Shown piece by piece: positions 1 through 13,000 of a stretch of 64,000 nucleotides of DNA (the stretch's first letter is position 1; each line of letters opens with the position of its first letter). The notes beneath the pieces are model-generated. The model was not told the origin of the DNA and searched no databases. It was given only the letters and a program-made list of their open reading frames with translations. The translations under genes were made by a program, and so were the position numbers. The DNA is from Yuukianura sp. NJ FZ-2021 (lineage: Eukaryota). The stretch lies in assembly GCA_046563655.1 (NCBI GenBank), contig CM102286.1:5208001-5272000 (forward strand), given 5' to 3'.

Positions 1-1076
1 ATCCTCAGATAAAGACACGAAAGAGCACTGCTTCAATCCGTGGGTTGGATTTAGGTTGTTCCGTCGTGCCTTATTCTTTGGGGCATTTCATCTTTGCAGT
101 ATCGTTGGAAACCACCTTCCAAACATCTTCTGTCATTCTTCACAGAAACTGCCAAGCAAAAGGAAAGTATACGGCCAATCCCAGTGTACTTACAAAGTCA
201 TTCACTAGTGCTTCAGAATGAAAGTGAAATTTAAGCATTGTTGTGTCTTTGAGTAAGGGTCTGTTGATCCAAGCGTGACTGTTTACAGAGAGGCCTTAAG
301 GGTCGCTCTATTGTTTTCCAAAAGATTCCATTGTTGTGTTACAGTGTCTTTGGGTGTATCGGTTCTAAGATCTTCCTGGACACGAGACGACAATAGGGCT
401 TAGGAGTAAGTGTCAACACGGAGATCAACTATGCAAGTGAATTAAGTTGGGCCAAACAATGGAAGGGTGACGAAGGGGTCCTGTGAATCATAGAGGATTC
501 TGGAACTTTGTTTTGTTTGTGTTCCTTCGTGTGAGTAAATCTTGTTGGAATTTGAGCAGGGAAGTACTTAGTGTCAAAAGGAATAAGCCCTGTGTCAAGT
601 GTAACAATACAATCTTTGAACAAAATCTGAGCTAACAAGATTCGACAATACGTCTCCTTCACATAAACCACTTAAAAATATGAAGTGGTTCTGCCACAAC
701 ACTACCAACAGGAAAAAAAATGTGCTTCTATCAGCATTTTACATTTTTATGTACACTGTGCACGTCTAGCTCTGACGATGTTTTCGTGAAAGTGAAGTTT
801 TGTTTTTAAAATGATAGGACTTAAGATTTAAATGGACGTGAATTGCAGTTGTTTCTTCCTCTGAAGCTCAAATTAGAGCACTTCCGGAGGAATAAAAACT
901 TAATGCAGAGTTAATATTTTGGTTTACTTGGGTTGTGCGTTGTGCCTCCAAGTAATTTGCTGATCGTGAGCTGATGACAAATGATGAAAGTGAATATGAC
1001 AGGATGTGTTTAGGCTTTCAGCTACAATAGTCCTTGTTTTTTTGCTCATAAACTTCCATTGTTAAAATCCATTATT

Positions 1077-4000
1077 ATGTACACAACCCCAAGGAAAGTG
1101 AAACAGGAGTCAAGGCTTCGGCGCACCCATTCGCTGACCAACACAATTCCAGTTACGGACGTCATGGACGAAGAGCACTGCGCAGGTACTGACAAGCGTA
1201 GTGTCTGGAATCAAGTTGTACGAAAACTAGTCTTGAGCCACGCAAATTTTGCCGACTATTTTAGAATTCTTTCTATTATTGATGTTTCTTCCAGCTTACG
1301 AGTTTAAAACTCTGTAGCCCAGCCGAGCCTCCGGACGTTCTAAAAATTTGCGAAAATTTTCCTCAGAAAGAAAGATTTTCCCTTGAACTTTCAATGCCTC
1401 ATTAGCTTTACGAATCTGGACTTTGCGCGATTTGAATTACTTTTAGGCAAAGATTCTCTCGGATTGACCTAAAACCGGTATCTTTTCCAAATTATTCGAA
1501 AATGGCGGGCGTGGGATCGAAATTTAAGACGGTTGTAATGAAATTATTTTTGACATAAGTTCATGTAATGTGCCCAAAAACGACTTGATAAATGAGGGTG
1601 GATCCTTGCTGTTTGTTTTCAACGAGGACAAAATATTGCGTGTGACTGTCAATAGTATCTTGGAGGGAATCAGGTGTATTATGGGCGGATGAGGAATGAC
1701 GTCGACGTTTCTTTCGGATCAAATTTTGTTCGAAGCGGATGAGAATGAAAATTTCCATTTCAAATGAAGCGATGGACGCCTTCTCGTTTTGCCATATTGA
1801 CTTGCAAATCATTTTGAATGAAAACTTTTGTCCCTTCCTGTGACACTTTAATAATACACATTGATGGATCGAATCAGCTCATCAGTCTTTAGATTGGAGC
1901 TCTTAAGGAATAGTTGTTGTTGGTGCTAAATAGCAAGTGCCAGGGGTGTCACGACGAACGACGCACTTGATGGGAAAATAATAACTCACGACTCGGAGCC
2001 AAAAAGATTTGATGAGGATACAAGTTTGATGCAGATGATGAAGATGCTGATTTGGAAAAGTGCGAAAGTGATAAATTGTTACTGTTTTGTTCCCAAAGTG
2101 CACCAGCAACTTATGCGTTGCACCATTTGTAAAGCACAATGTCTAAGCCTTCACATTCATCCCTAGAAATTTCACCCTAACATTAACATTTCCATGGAAT
2201 AAATTTCTTTCAACATATTTTTCAAAAAATGAAAGCGAAAATAATTCAACTTTTGCAAATTTGACAGGCGTGAATTACGACACAATTTTGAATTGCAAAG
2301 TCTGTAAATAATTCGATATAAATGCAAACTAGAACTTCCAATGTCATTGCCCCCCGCTCTTCCGGATCAAAGTAGCATTTGATGCATGAGATTGGCCAGA
2401 TATTTTTGAAATGAATGTTGAAAGAGGTCACAGGTCAAAGGTCAAGTGTCAGGGTATGTTTTTGTTGTTGGTTGAAAATTGATTCTAGCCACATGCCACA
2501 ATGACATGCGCATTTTGTCCGTCGTCTTGACTAAATTGCCTTGTGCCAAGGGGGTATTTTAGGATGAGTCATTAGTTAGTCACAAGGTGAGGCGGTGAAA
2601 TGTGAATTGAAAGTTGTAGATTAATAGGAGACCATTGTGGTACTTCTGAAGATGTAATTTTAACCCACTTGACTTTGGCATCTCCCTTAAGTGATTCCTT
2701 TGTATTGTTCTGTTTTCAACAGGGGGACTTGGCACGATTGACGGTTCGTTTGAACATTTTCCTCTGGACCCTTCGTCATTCCTGAGCTATTCGGAACAGA
2801 ATTTAGCTGGAGGAAATCCCACTGCAAACTGTGCGGTATTTTCAAACGCTCAACACTTATTACCTCCAGCACAGCAAAGGCTCAACGGGCCATCAGACTC
2901 GGCGGTGTACTGCTCCAGGGATCTGAGGCCTCAGAACAACCAAGGTCAAGTTGTCTACCAAACGCACTCCACAAAATTCCCTGTAAGTAGCCGCCAATTT
3001 AATTAATTTTTAATTAAGAAACATTTTCAAAATTGGTTTCGAATCTTGAATAACCATGAATACATAATTGTGCTTTGCCTGCCCTTCAGTCCAAGTAGAA
3101 AAAAAAATTCTGCTTTATAAATAGGAAGCTTTGAATCATCATTAGGTGAACATCATTCACTTTGGGCAGAATTTTTTTCAGGGGAAAATTTTAATCGTGA
3201 ATAAGAAATATTGGCATGTCTCATGAAAGCTTCAAATTGTAGCAAAAAATATCGCGTTTTTGAAATTAATTTCTTTAGTGACTTCTTTTATAATGACAAT
3301 TTGGTTGGTGAAATTTTTTTTAAATCGTTTTCACGAGTTCATAATTCAATTGAACTGATTTTTTAAAGCTCAGGATAGGAAAGTTTATTCCTAGTATTTT
3401 TTTAGAAAGTTGGTATATCCAAATATGTTAAACAAATCTACTTATATAAAATCGAGACCCTGTTTATCTGTGTGTGTGTGTGTTCCACTACTCCTCCGAA
3501 ACTACTGAACCGATTTTGACAAGTGAGGTGTCCTTTTTATCGTGAGGTCACCCCGCAGAGAATAGGCTATGTCACATCTTGACCTGCGACCTTTGACCTT
3601 TGACCTAGCGCGATGACCTCACAAAATCATACCACACACATGCAAATGACATATCGTTCGAAAGCAGAGGTCAAATGCAGTCGATTGATGTATGACACAT
3701 TGACCTGTGACCTTTGACCCTTGACCCAGAGCGGTGACCTCATATTGATTTAAGCTGAACATAGGCATGTTGTATATCGTCCGAAACGGGAGCTTCAAAG
3801 GAGTTGATTGACGTATTTCACGATGACCTGTGACTTATGAGTTATGACTATTGATTTAACGCAGTGACCCCATCTACTTATATAACATCGAGACCGTGTT
3901 TATTTGTGTTTGTTCCTCTACTCCTTCGAAACTACTGGAGTGATTTGGACAAATGAGCTGTCCTTTTCTTCGTGAGGTCTCCCCGTAGGCTATGTCACAT

Positions 4001-7000
4001 CTTGACCCGTGACCTCTGACCCTTGACCCAGCGTCATCACCTCATCATATCATATCAAACACACGCAAGTGTCATGTCATTCGAAAGCAGAAGTCAAATG
4101 CAGTCGATCGATGTAATGACCTGTCACCTTTGACCTTTGACCTATCGCGGTGACCTCACATAAAATCAAACGAAAAATAGGCATGTGATATATCATTCAA
4201 AAGGGGAGGTGAAATGCAGTTAGGGACATTGACCTGTGACCGTTGACCTTTGATCTATGGCCATGACCCAATAAGTACACACAAACATAGGCCTGTGATA
4301 TATCATTCGAAACAGGCGGTCAAATGGACACTTGGTTTACGTATGTCGCGTTAATTCTATGACCTATGGCACCAAAAAGGAATTAAGTTCCACAGTATAT
4401 GTCTCTCCTCTACATGTTAAACATTAATTGGATGGACGGGTAGTTTTAAGGGATTTCCGCCTGGGCAAAGGGTAGGGTATGATATTTTCATAAAAATAGT
4501 CCAAGCGGGTCAGCATGTATCTCAAACGGGTAGCGGGTTCCCAAAAGTGATACGTTTTTCTGTGTGTGTTCGTATACACTACCACAAAAGCTAGCCCCGC
4601 TTTCACAAGCGGGTATCATACCTTGTATGTTAAATAAAAATTAAAAGCACTAACGTTTTACGTCATTGAATAGCGATTCCGCTTAACAAACGACTTCCTC
4701 TGAATCTGAGCAGCGGAAAACGGAAGTCACATATGAATTCTGCTTTCCCAAAAAAAAATCCCGCCGTTCCACTGCAACTTGTTGCCGGTTGACTGAAGCC
4801 CCTTCCCAGAAACTGAATGAATCCAAAAGCCCTTGCTCTGGTCCCTTCCGGTTGTCTCCATTTCCTGAGTGAAAACCAACAATAGAATCAAGCTAACAAT
4901 ACTTGCAGTATCACACTCTCAGATTTCATCCATTCACTCAAAAATAGTTCCTTTGTTACAAAATTGGGCTAAACCATTCAACAGATTCTGTTTCAGTTCG
5001 TCCCCAAGCAGAATATATTGAGGTGTTGATCGGAAAATAGTATCTGAAAAAGAAATTTTCTTGGGAACTGCTAGGTTAAGGTTGAATCCGTTAGTTTTAA
5101 CCACACAAAACTGACTTTGTTTTTTATTAAGTCGTTGAGGAAGTGAGGCCGGAAGTCAAGAAGACTTTAGGTTAGGTTAAAACTGCGTACGTTAAGGCCT
5201 CGGGAGGAAGCATTTGTCGGTTAGAGTAGAAATTAATGGCAGCCTTAACCCCCTCCTAAGCCTTAGCCGTTCTTCACCTGTTGTAAAATTATTCTTGTTG
5301 GGCTTCCTTCTTCTGTCTCCCTTCAGTTACACTTGAAAATCATGAAGAATTGTCGTCCCCAATTGCAATGTCTTCAACTCGTTTCCGTGGAATCGACACG
5401 AAACGGACCTTAGTTCCCCTCAGTACTTGTGACAATAACCGTGAAGTAATTCAGTTTCATTTGATTTATACGGAACAGATTGTAAGAGAAGTGACTGTAA
5501 CGACGCGGCAAAATTCAAACACGAAACCACCCGCAGACGGAATTCCCTTGAGCAGAAATAACCTCCTTCAAGACAGCACGTTACCGCCAAGAATTCCGAG
5601 TCAAAGCTCGAACACGCTAACGGATGAGCAGAAAGCTGTAAGTATCAATTCAACTTGTCACTTAGCACATGATCCCATAAATTCCAAATCTGCAGGGATT
5701 CAGCGCAACGATGGGGTCATAAGGCACACAAAAGTCAAATTTCCATACCCGTCTAACCTAATCCATAATCCAACGAACATAACTTAACTCACTACTCTAA
5801 GATTCCTCAATTGTCTCCAGGGGGTAAATTATAAATTGTGATGTCTTTCGAGCCAAATTTCAAAATTATCTTTTCAAGAAAAACCGCAATTTTTTCCAGA
5901 AACTTGTTTAAAATGAGTTCTTTTGCAAGTTAAATGGGAGTTTAAATTGTCGGGGGACTAAATTTATTACGGTGTATTGTTTTTTAAACAAAAGGAAAAC
6001 ACGGTAATATACTTTGCAATGTTTGGCAATCTTTGTTACAGAAGTAAATATTTGCCACAATGGATTTGGCCAGAACATAGTTTTTACTTATTTTTTGTTT
6101 TAAATGTTTTTGACAAATTTTATTGGCGGTAATCAGAAACCATATTTTAAGTACGTTTTTTTGTTGCAGTTGACGCTTGATAGTTGCACAGCAAAAGTGA
6201 TTCAACAAAAACTGTTTGCAGACCCAACGCAGACAATACGACGTCGCAATAGTTTGGATCTCCAAAAATTTATTCAGGTAAATTTTTTTTTGTAAAAAAA
6301 AAAAAACATAAATTCTGCCAACGTACAGTGCTTTTCGCTATGAAACGCGAGGACGAAAGTGTCGAAATTAAATTTCGACATGAAAGTTACTTAAGTGAAC
6401 TGTTTTCAAAAAATTCTTTTGATTCTGGGCTAGTTACTCACGTATTGTAGTAGAATTTTGGGTTGGATATATTTGGTAAAAATTTAATAGGTTTTTGCAG
6501 ATTTAATTAAAAGATAAATGGACCAAATTTCCAAAGTTAGGAATCAATTGTCAAGATTAATCAAAAGACTTCAACGTCTGTATAAGGCAAATCCACTCAC
6601 CCTACACTATCATTATGAAAAATGGATTTAGTATCAACTTTTAACATAGAAAGATTTCAAACTGAAGATGAGATTTGAAACAATGGAAAACCAGTAATTA
6701 AGGACTGTAGATGGAGGTAGATAAACCTACTTCTAGAGTCACACACAAAGTAAATTGGAAATAGGGGTCGAAATTCGTCGTGGTTTTGCCCAGATCCGAA
6801 TCCCGAATCTATCCGAATCTGATCTCGGCAAAATCCGAATCCGGATTCGGATCTCATTTTTTAAAGAAATTCGCCCTTACATAATAGAAATTAAAAAATA
6901 ACACTTTTATTTATGATTGAACACTAACTACCCGTTTATGTTGAGTTTGTTTTCTAAAGTAAAAAGTATTGAAACTAAGTAGTAAAGACTACGACTCTCG

Positions 7001-10000
7001 GTAAATGAGAGAACCTGAAAATACGAACGAAGAAAGCAGACATTGTCTAAAGTGTCATCGCTTAGGCGTGATCGCATTTTGTTACAAAAATATCCGGCAG
7101 ACGAAAATGATCTCTCCGCTTCAAATGTTGTTGGTGGAAAATCAGTAATGGTACTGACAATGTCTTCGAACAAAGATAATCCAAATTGACTAAGTTTGGA
7201 ATCCGCAGTTGAAAGTACCGCTTCGGCTGTCATGGAGTTTTGAAGTGGGATCAGTCCAAGGTTCCAGACTCGCCGCTCCGTGGAAAACAAGTTAAATGTT
7301 CATGCACTTTGCTGACTGCCCTGATTCTTCACGTAAAAAATGCTTACCCTTGATTGGCTAAAAGTAAACTTCAACTGATTTGAGTTAAGGTTGATTATTT
7401 AACTCAAAAGTAAGATTGAACGGAATGGGAAAGACAAGGAACAGAATTAATTAAGTTGAGTTTTCTAAAAACATTTCCGAAAAGAGGCTCCTTAAAATTT
7501 AAATTCGCGACTACATCTATTTAAGTCTCAAATTCGTTTGGATCCGAATCCGCATGCTGTCAGATCCGAATCCCGAATTATTCGGATTCGTCAAAAATTC
7601 GGATTTGGATCCGAAGTCAAAATCCGAATTTCGACCCCTAATTGGAAACGAAAGGCCGGTTTTCACTCAACGCGGTAGCTTAAACGTTTGAACTTATTGG
7701 GGACCAAAGTGTGATGAGAATGTAATCAACTAAAGAAAATTGTAGGTTAAAAAGACGGTTAAGTTACAATTCAGTTGCAAGATCATCGACGATCTCATTC
7801 AAAAAGAGGTAAACTCGGCCAATGATGTTCTAGTTTGCCACAAATCTGTCGATGTGACATTTTCCTGTTTTTACTTTATGCGTGTTACACAAGCTCAATC
7901 TTCGGTAACTTCAATCTGCCAATGAATGCCTAATTTTCAGGTTTATGAAGACAACTATGTCTTGATAAATTTTTATAACTTTTGCGAAATTCTTGTTGAA
8001 TTTGAAACTTTGTGAGGCAACAATGTCGACTTTTGTCACAAATTGGAATCCGGTACTTTCTTTGGACACTGTCAATTTACTTTCCAAGTTTACCGTTACA
8101 ATTTCTTGAATCATGACTAGGACCACCCTCCATTTAAATAGTTTGGTTACCATGAAAGATGAGACAATATCTACAGTAGTAACTCTGCTCCTTGAACTTG
8201 ACATCGAATAGTACGTCCTAACTGCAGTTATGTTGGAGGTCAAGTTCATTACGGAAGGCGAGGTTGTTTTACTATTTGAGAAAAATGACTCTCCCAGTTG
8301 CTTCTTGACAAAACCATTAGTCACGATTGTAATGAGGACTTTGTAGAGGTGGACTCGAGGCAGGATGCTCAAATGGCATCAATTTAGGTTTATGACTTTA
8401 CTGGTCGCATTGACAGGAGCTGCTACAGTTAGGCCTGAAATGTTGCAACTTGCAGTGCCAAGGACTTGTTTACTTAAGAGTTCGATGTCGCAAGTAACAA
8501 GGTTGAAATGTGCGTGAAATTGCAGGTTTTTAATGAAGAGCAAATTTTGATGTCATCAATGCAGGGGCGACATCCGTCTGAATCTGGAGCAATTCAAACT
8601 CCAAGTTTGGAAAACACCCAAAACTACAAAATGTACGACAGTTACAACGGAAACAGCAATGGAGTCGCCTACTACAATGACTCTAATTCATCAAATTCAC
8701 TTAGCCTGTCCTCCTCCACTGCTGACAGCCTCGACACCGTCATTTACAAAACGTAAGTCACTTTAATTCAGAAACATAACAAAATGTAATTTCAACGTTG
8801 TCTATCCTCTCACTGCGCAAAAGTCGTGTTTTCGAGTAAAAAAAAAGAACTAGGACTAGATGAGGAAAAATTTTAAGAAAACTTTTGATGCCTTTCCCAA
8901 GGCCATATACTGATTGAAACTAATTTTTGCAGTCCTCAGGCATCGGGTCCTTCCAGGAATTGGCGTGAACAAATATTCACAGACTCATCTTCTTCTGGGA
9001 TGCAAATGGACCAAGGTCCCTCCCACTCTACGCGTAGTAAGAACAATGGCTATCCTGAAGGTAGCAATCAATTCCAAGATCACAATCACTCTACTCAGTT
9101 CCAACAGGTACTAATTTTTGTTAACAAACAATTTCCACTGACCAAATCACTATGATTTGCAAAGGAAACATTTGCAAAAGTTCATTCCTCGGGATCACTT
9201 TCACTTTCCTACGCTTTTTAGTTCAAATATTTTACCAAACTACACCAAAATCAAGAAATAAAAATCTACGCATTTCTTTAAATTTTTAAGAAACTTTCCG
9301 AAATTGGTATTCTATGGCAAAATTCTGTTGATAAAGTTTGAAAATTCACATATCAGCTCACTTTTAACGGATAAAAGCTGCAAACACAAAAAGCTAAAGT
9401 GCTAAACACGTCAATTTTCAGGGTCCGAGTCAGTCGTATGGTGTTCACAACAATAATTATGGCCTTGAATACCGGGCCCAGAGTCAGCAGCACCTTCACC
9501 ACATGCAGCACCTATCTTCAACATCTTCCCTCGCAGGTTCCCACAATGGTCCAACCAGTAGCCTGAGAACAGGAAATGGACCTACCAACGGAAATGGCAA
9601 CATCAACGCCTACAGTAGTCAGTCCCAGCCTCATCAGTCCAGCAATTCGTCCACCAACAGTCACTTCAGTAAACAAAAGGATTTCACTGTGTCCAGTACT
9701 ACTGGCTCTGCCTTGGACAAAACCAAAGAATCAACGAAGCTTTTCCCCACCAAAACTTATAACCACATCAAAGACATGATCTCTAGTCGATTTGGAAATC
9801 CCACCGGTGGTCCAGGTCAAACAAATCCGAAAGGAGTTCTGTCCAGTGCCAGTGGCGGGACTGACAAGAATTTGAATAATGCCGCCAGTAGCAATGGGAG
9901 TGGAGGACCTGTTTACAACAATGGAATTGCGGACTCCTGTGGAGGGAACATTGGGCTGCCTACGACATCCTACAACCCGCACCATCATCACTCTGGCGGA

Positions 10001-13000
10001 TTAGGTCAAAGTTCATATGCTCTGCAAGTGACGAACGGACATGGACCACCCTACTACGTCCTTCCACAAAACGCTTCTCCAGAATCTTACAATGGAAATA
10101 GTGGGGTCCATCAAGTGAATAATTCAGTCCCACCAAATTCATACCGAAGTCCACAATTGACTGATCGGAAAGATGTGAATACCAGTTTTAGAAAAGCTAT
10201 TCAACAGAGCACTCAGAAATCAAATTTAACAGAACTTTCTGTCCAACTAAGAAGAAGCGTTGCAGATTCCCAACATTTTGAAACCAATTCTCAAAACTTT
10301 GAATCTGAGCAGCAAGTGCTGCAAAATGGCAATTCGTCTGAATTGGGCCACATTGAAAGAGCTCATAGAGCACTGGACAAATTACTGGATCCGATTCCAA
10401 GTTCTGGACAAGAGCTGACAAATTCGGCGGGAAATTATGCCAGGTTACAATTCCATGCAGCAGATGACAAGAGGCCGTACAATACTCAGCAGTACACTGC
10501 GAATGCGCAAAACGATCCTTCATCCAGGTTAAAAAATGGTTGCATAGATACAGCTTCAGGTCAGATCTCACATTCCACAAAAACACTTTCGAAAAGAACT
10601 TTCCCCGGTGACCTGAAGAAGGTCGGAGGTCAAACGCATTCTTCAGTACAAAATTCTCAAGCAACTCTGGGATTGCCGTCGGTTCCACTCGTACGTGAAA
10701 ATGGGGATGGCAGTAGCGTCATTGTCGACGGCATTTCATCAAAGTGTTCAAATCCAAATGGAGCTGAAACTACCGACGGCAGTGTACCGTTTCGGAGTAC
10801 CGGTTTACAAGTGCTAGCAATTTCTCCTGGAACGGAGAATGCGTCTAGCAGTAGTGAATGTGAGGTCAAGGGAGGTCAGAGAGTGGGCAGTGGCCAATCG
10901 CATACGACGACAGATTCAGGATTAGGTACTGTTGTTATGACAAAGTCTTCACAGCATTCGGCTAACACGAATGAACCGTTAGATGGACTTCTTGCACATC
11001 ATGTCAAATTCAATGACAACATGGCTGAAAGCATTTCTTCTGGTAAGCCCATTTTTATTTTACTTTCATTACAGTTAATATAAACTGTAGTTAATTGATT
11101 TCAAATCGTGTCGAGTTTTCGAAAATCGATCATTTTCCGGTTCATCATTGGGTTTCGGTCTCGGTTTCAGTAATCTCTTCGACCTCTTCGACTTCCTCTC
11201 CGCCCTCGCCTTGAGGATCACCTTGTCCTTGTCCTTTGGACCCACCAGCGCAAAAGTTTTCGCAGTTCTTTTGACTAACAAAATTATTGGCATTGCCACC
11301 ACAGCCACTGAAAAGTCCAAAAATTTTCAATTTTTAGAAACCGAAAATTTTAAAATCAAATTACATGAAGCAACCATACCCATAAGTGAAAGATCGGCAC
11401 TCCCCAACTTGGTTGTTATAGTACCACCGTTTTTGAAGGTCCACGCACTTCCCGCGGCGTCGAGGTTGCGAGCAGGCATCAGATTGTCTTCCGGCTGGCC
11501 CGCCCCATGGCCCGTACGAACGTCGCCGCACGTAGTAACGACCATCGTCTTGAAAATTTTTAAGCACGAATTTTAGAATTTTGCAATTAGAAAAAAAACA
11601 ACTACCGAATTAAAAATTTCATAGCATTGTTTTAACAATCCAAGGTGGAAGCATACGAGGCTTGACGTCAGAACATGGTTGGTTGCTTCCCCTTGGAAAG
11701 TTAAATAATGCCGCCATTTGTTTTAAGAAGTAAATGGGCGATATCGTTTGCCCTTGAAATTCATAGCTTTTTTTAAAATCCACGCTATGTCGTTGAAAAC
11801 AGCAGGCATACGTTAATTCATTGTTCAATGCAAATACTTTTTGTAAGAAATCTGTTTGTTCAAATGCAATGTTTTATGTTAATGTATTTTTATTCCAGAC
11901 GACCAACGTCTTGAAACTTTTTAAGCAAGAATTTCAGAATTTTGGAATTAAAACATCTAGCAACTAGACCAACTAGCTAGAATATACAACTAGCCAACTA
12001 AAAACTAACCTTCATGGGAGTCACCCTCACGTGACCTTGATTCGTCTGTATCATGCGAATAGCGCTCATCCGATCTACTGTCACTATCGCTGTCACCGTC
12101 CCTGTCATGGTACCTGTGTCTTCCATATCTTCCATGTCGTCCGTGTCCTCCATATCGCGGATGGTGGTCGTCATTGTAGTATGTTCTGCGTTCGTCGCGA
12201 TAAACAGTTGTGTTAGTTCCACTTCCAGGTCGTCGTCTAGTAACTTTACGATCTTTCCTTGAAAAGTCTCCGGGACTGAGAGTCAAATTGTTCAAACTCT
12301 GTGCCAAAATCTCTTTTGCAGGCACTACTCCTGCAATTCGGTCATCATCCGCTGAAAAAACAAATTTCGAATTTTAAAGTAAAACGTAACCATAAATGTT
12401 GATTTCAAGCATTGTGTATTTCTAACGTTTTCTGGTTTCGGCGGCTGGAAAGTAGGAAATACATATCAAGACGCCTAAAACTCCGAAGATTATCACCGTT
12501 TTCTCCATGATGAGTAATTCCCGAAGCTAGCTGCAGCGGGAACAGCTTCTCCAGAACTGCCACCTTTGTGTTCTAAACTCGTAATCCGCTTACATCAAAC
12601 AGAAATTTCATAGCATTGTTTTAATAATCCAAGGTGAAAGAATACGAGGTTATAACGTCGGTACATGAATTGATTACTTCCCCTTGGAAAGTTGAATAGT
12701 GCCGCCATTTGTTTTAAAAAGTAAATGGTTGATATCGTTTGCCCTTGAAATTCATGGCTCTTTTGAAAATCCGCGCTACACTTAGTTGACGAACGTAGTT
12801 GAAAATAGTAGGCATACGTTAATTCGTTTTTCAATTCAAATGCTTTTCATAAGAAATCTCCTTTTTTCAGATGCGATGTTCATGTGTTATTCAAACGCGA
12901 CTGCTTTACCTTTTTTTAAACGTTCCCGGGCTATGGTTGGGCCACTATGAGAGAAATGTATGGCGAAAGCAGCTTTCCTCAACATGCATTCTCCTATTTC

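Noticed and set aside
429..671. 80-aa minus-strand ORF and other short ORFs in 1-2500
   Set aside because: No motifs and non-ATG starts; consistent with UTR or intronic sequence.
5167..5180. TTAGG telomere-like repeats (also ~62303-62313)
   Set aside because: Only about two units; better explained as splice-donor-like or chance sequence.
7911..8372. 153-aa minus-strand ORF in a SAM-gene intron
   Set aside because: No ATG start, no recognisable domain or convincing splice context, and flanked by in-frame stops. Treated as chance, although a decayed gene cannot be excluded.
9576..10869. Overlapping alternative-frame and antisense ORFs within large exons (also at 21672-22602 and 50235-51102)
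   Set aside because: These are shadows of real low-complexity coding exons.
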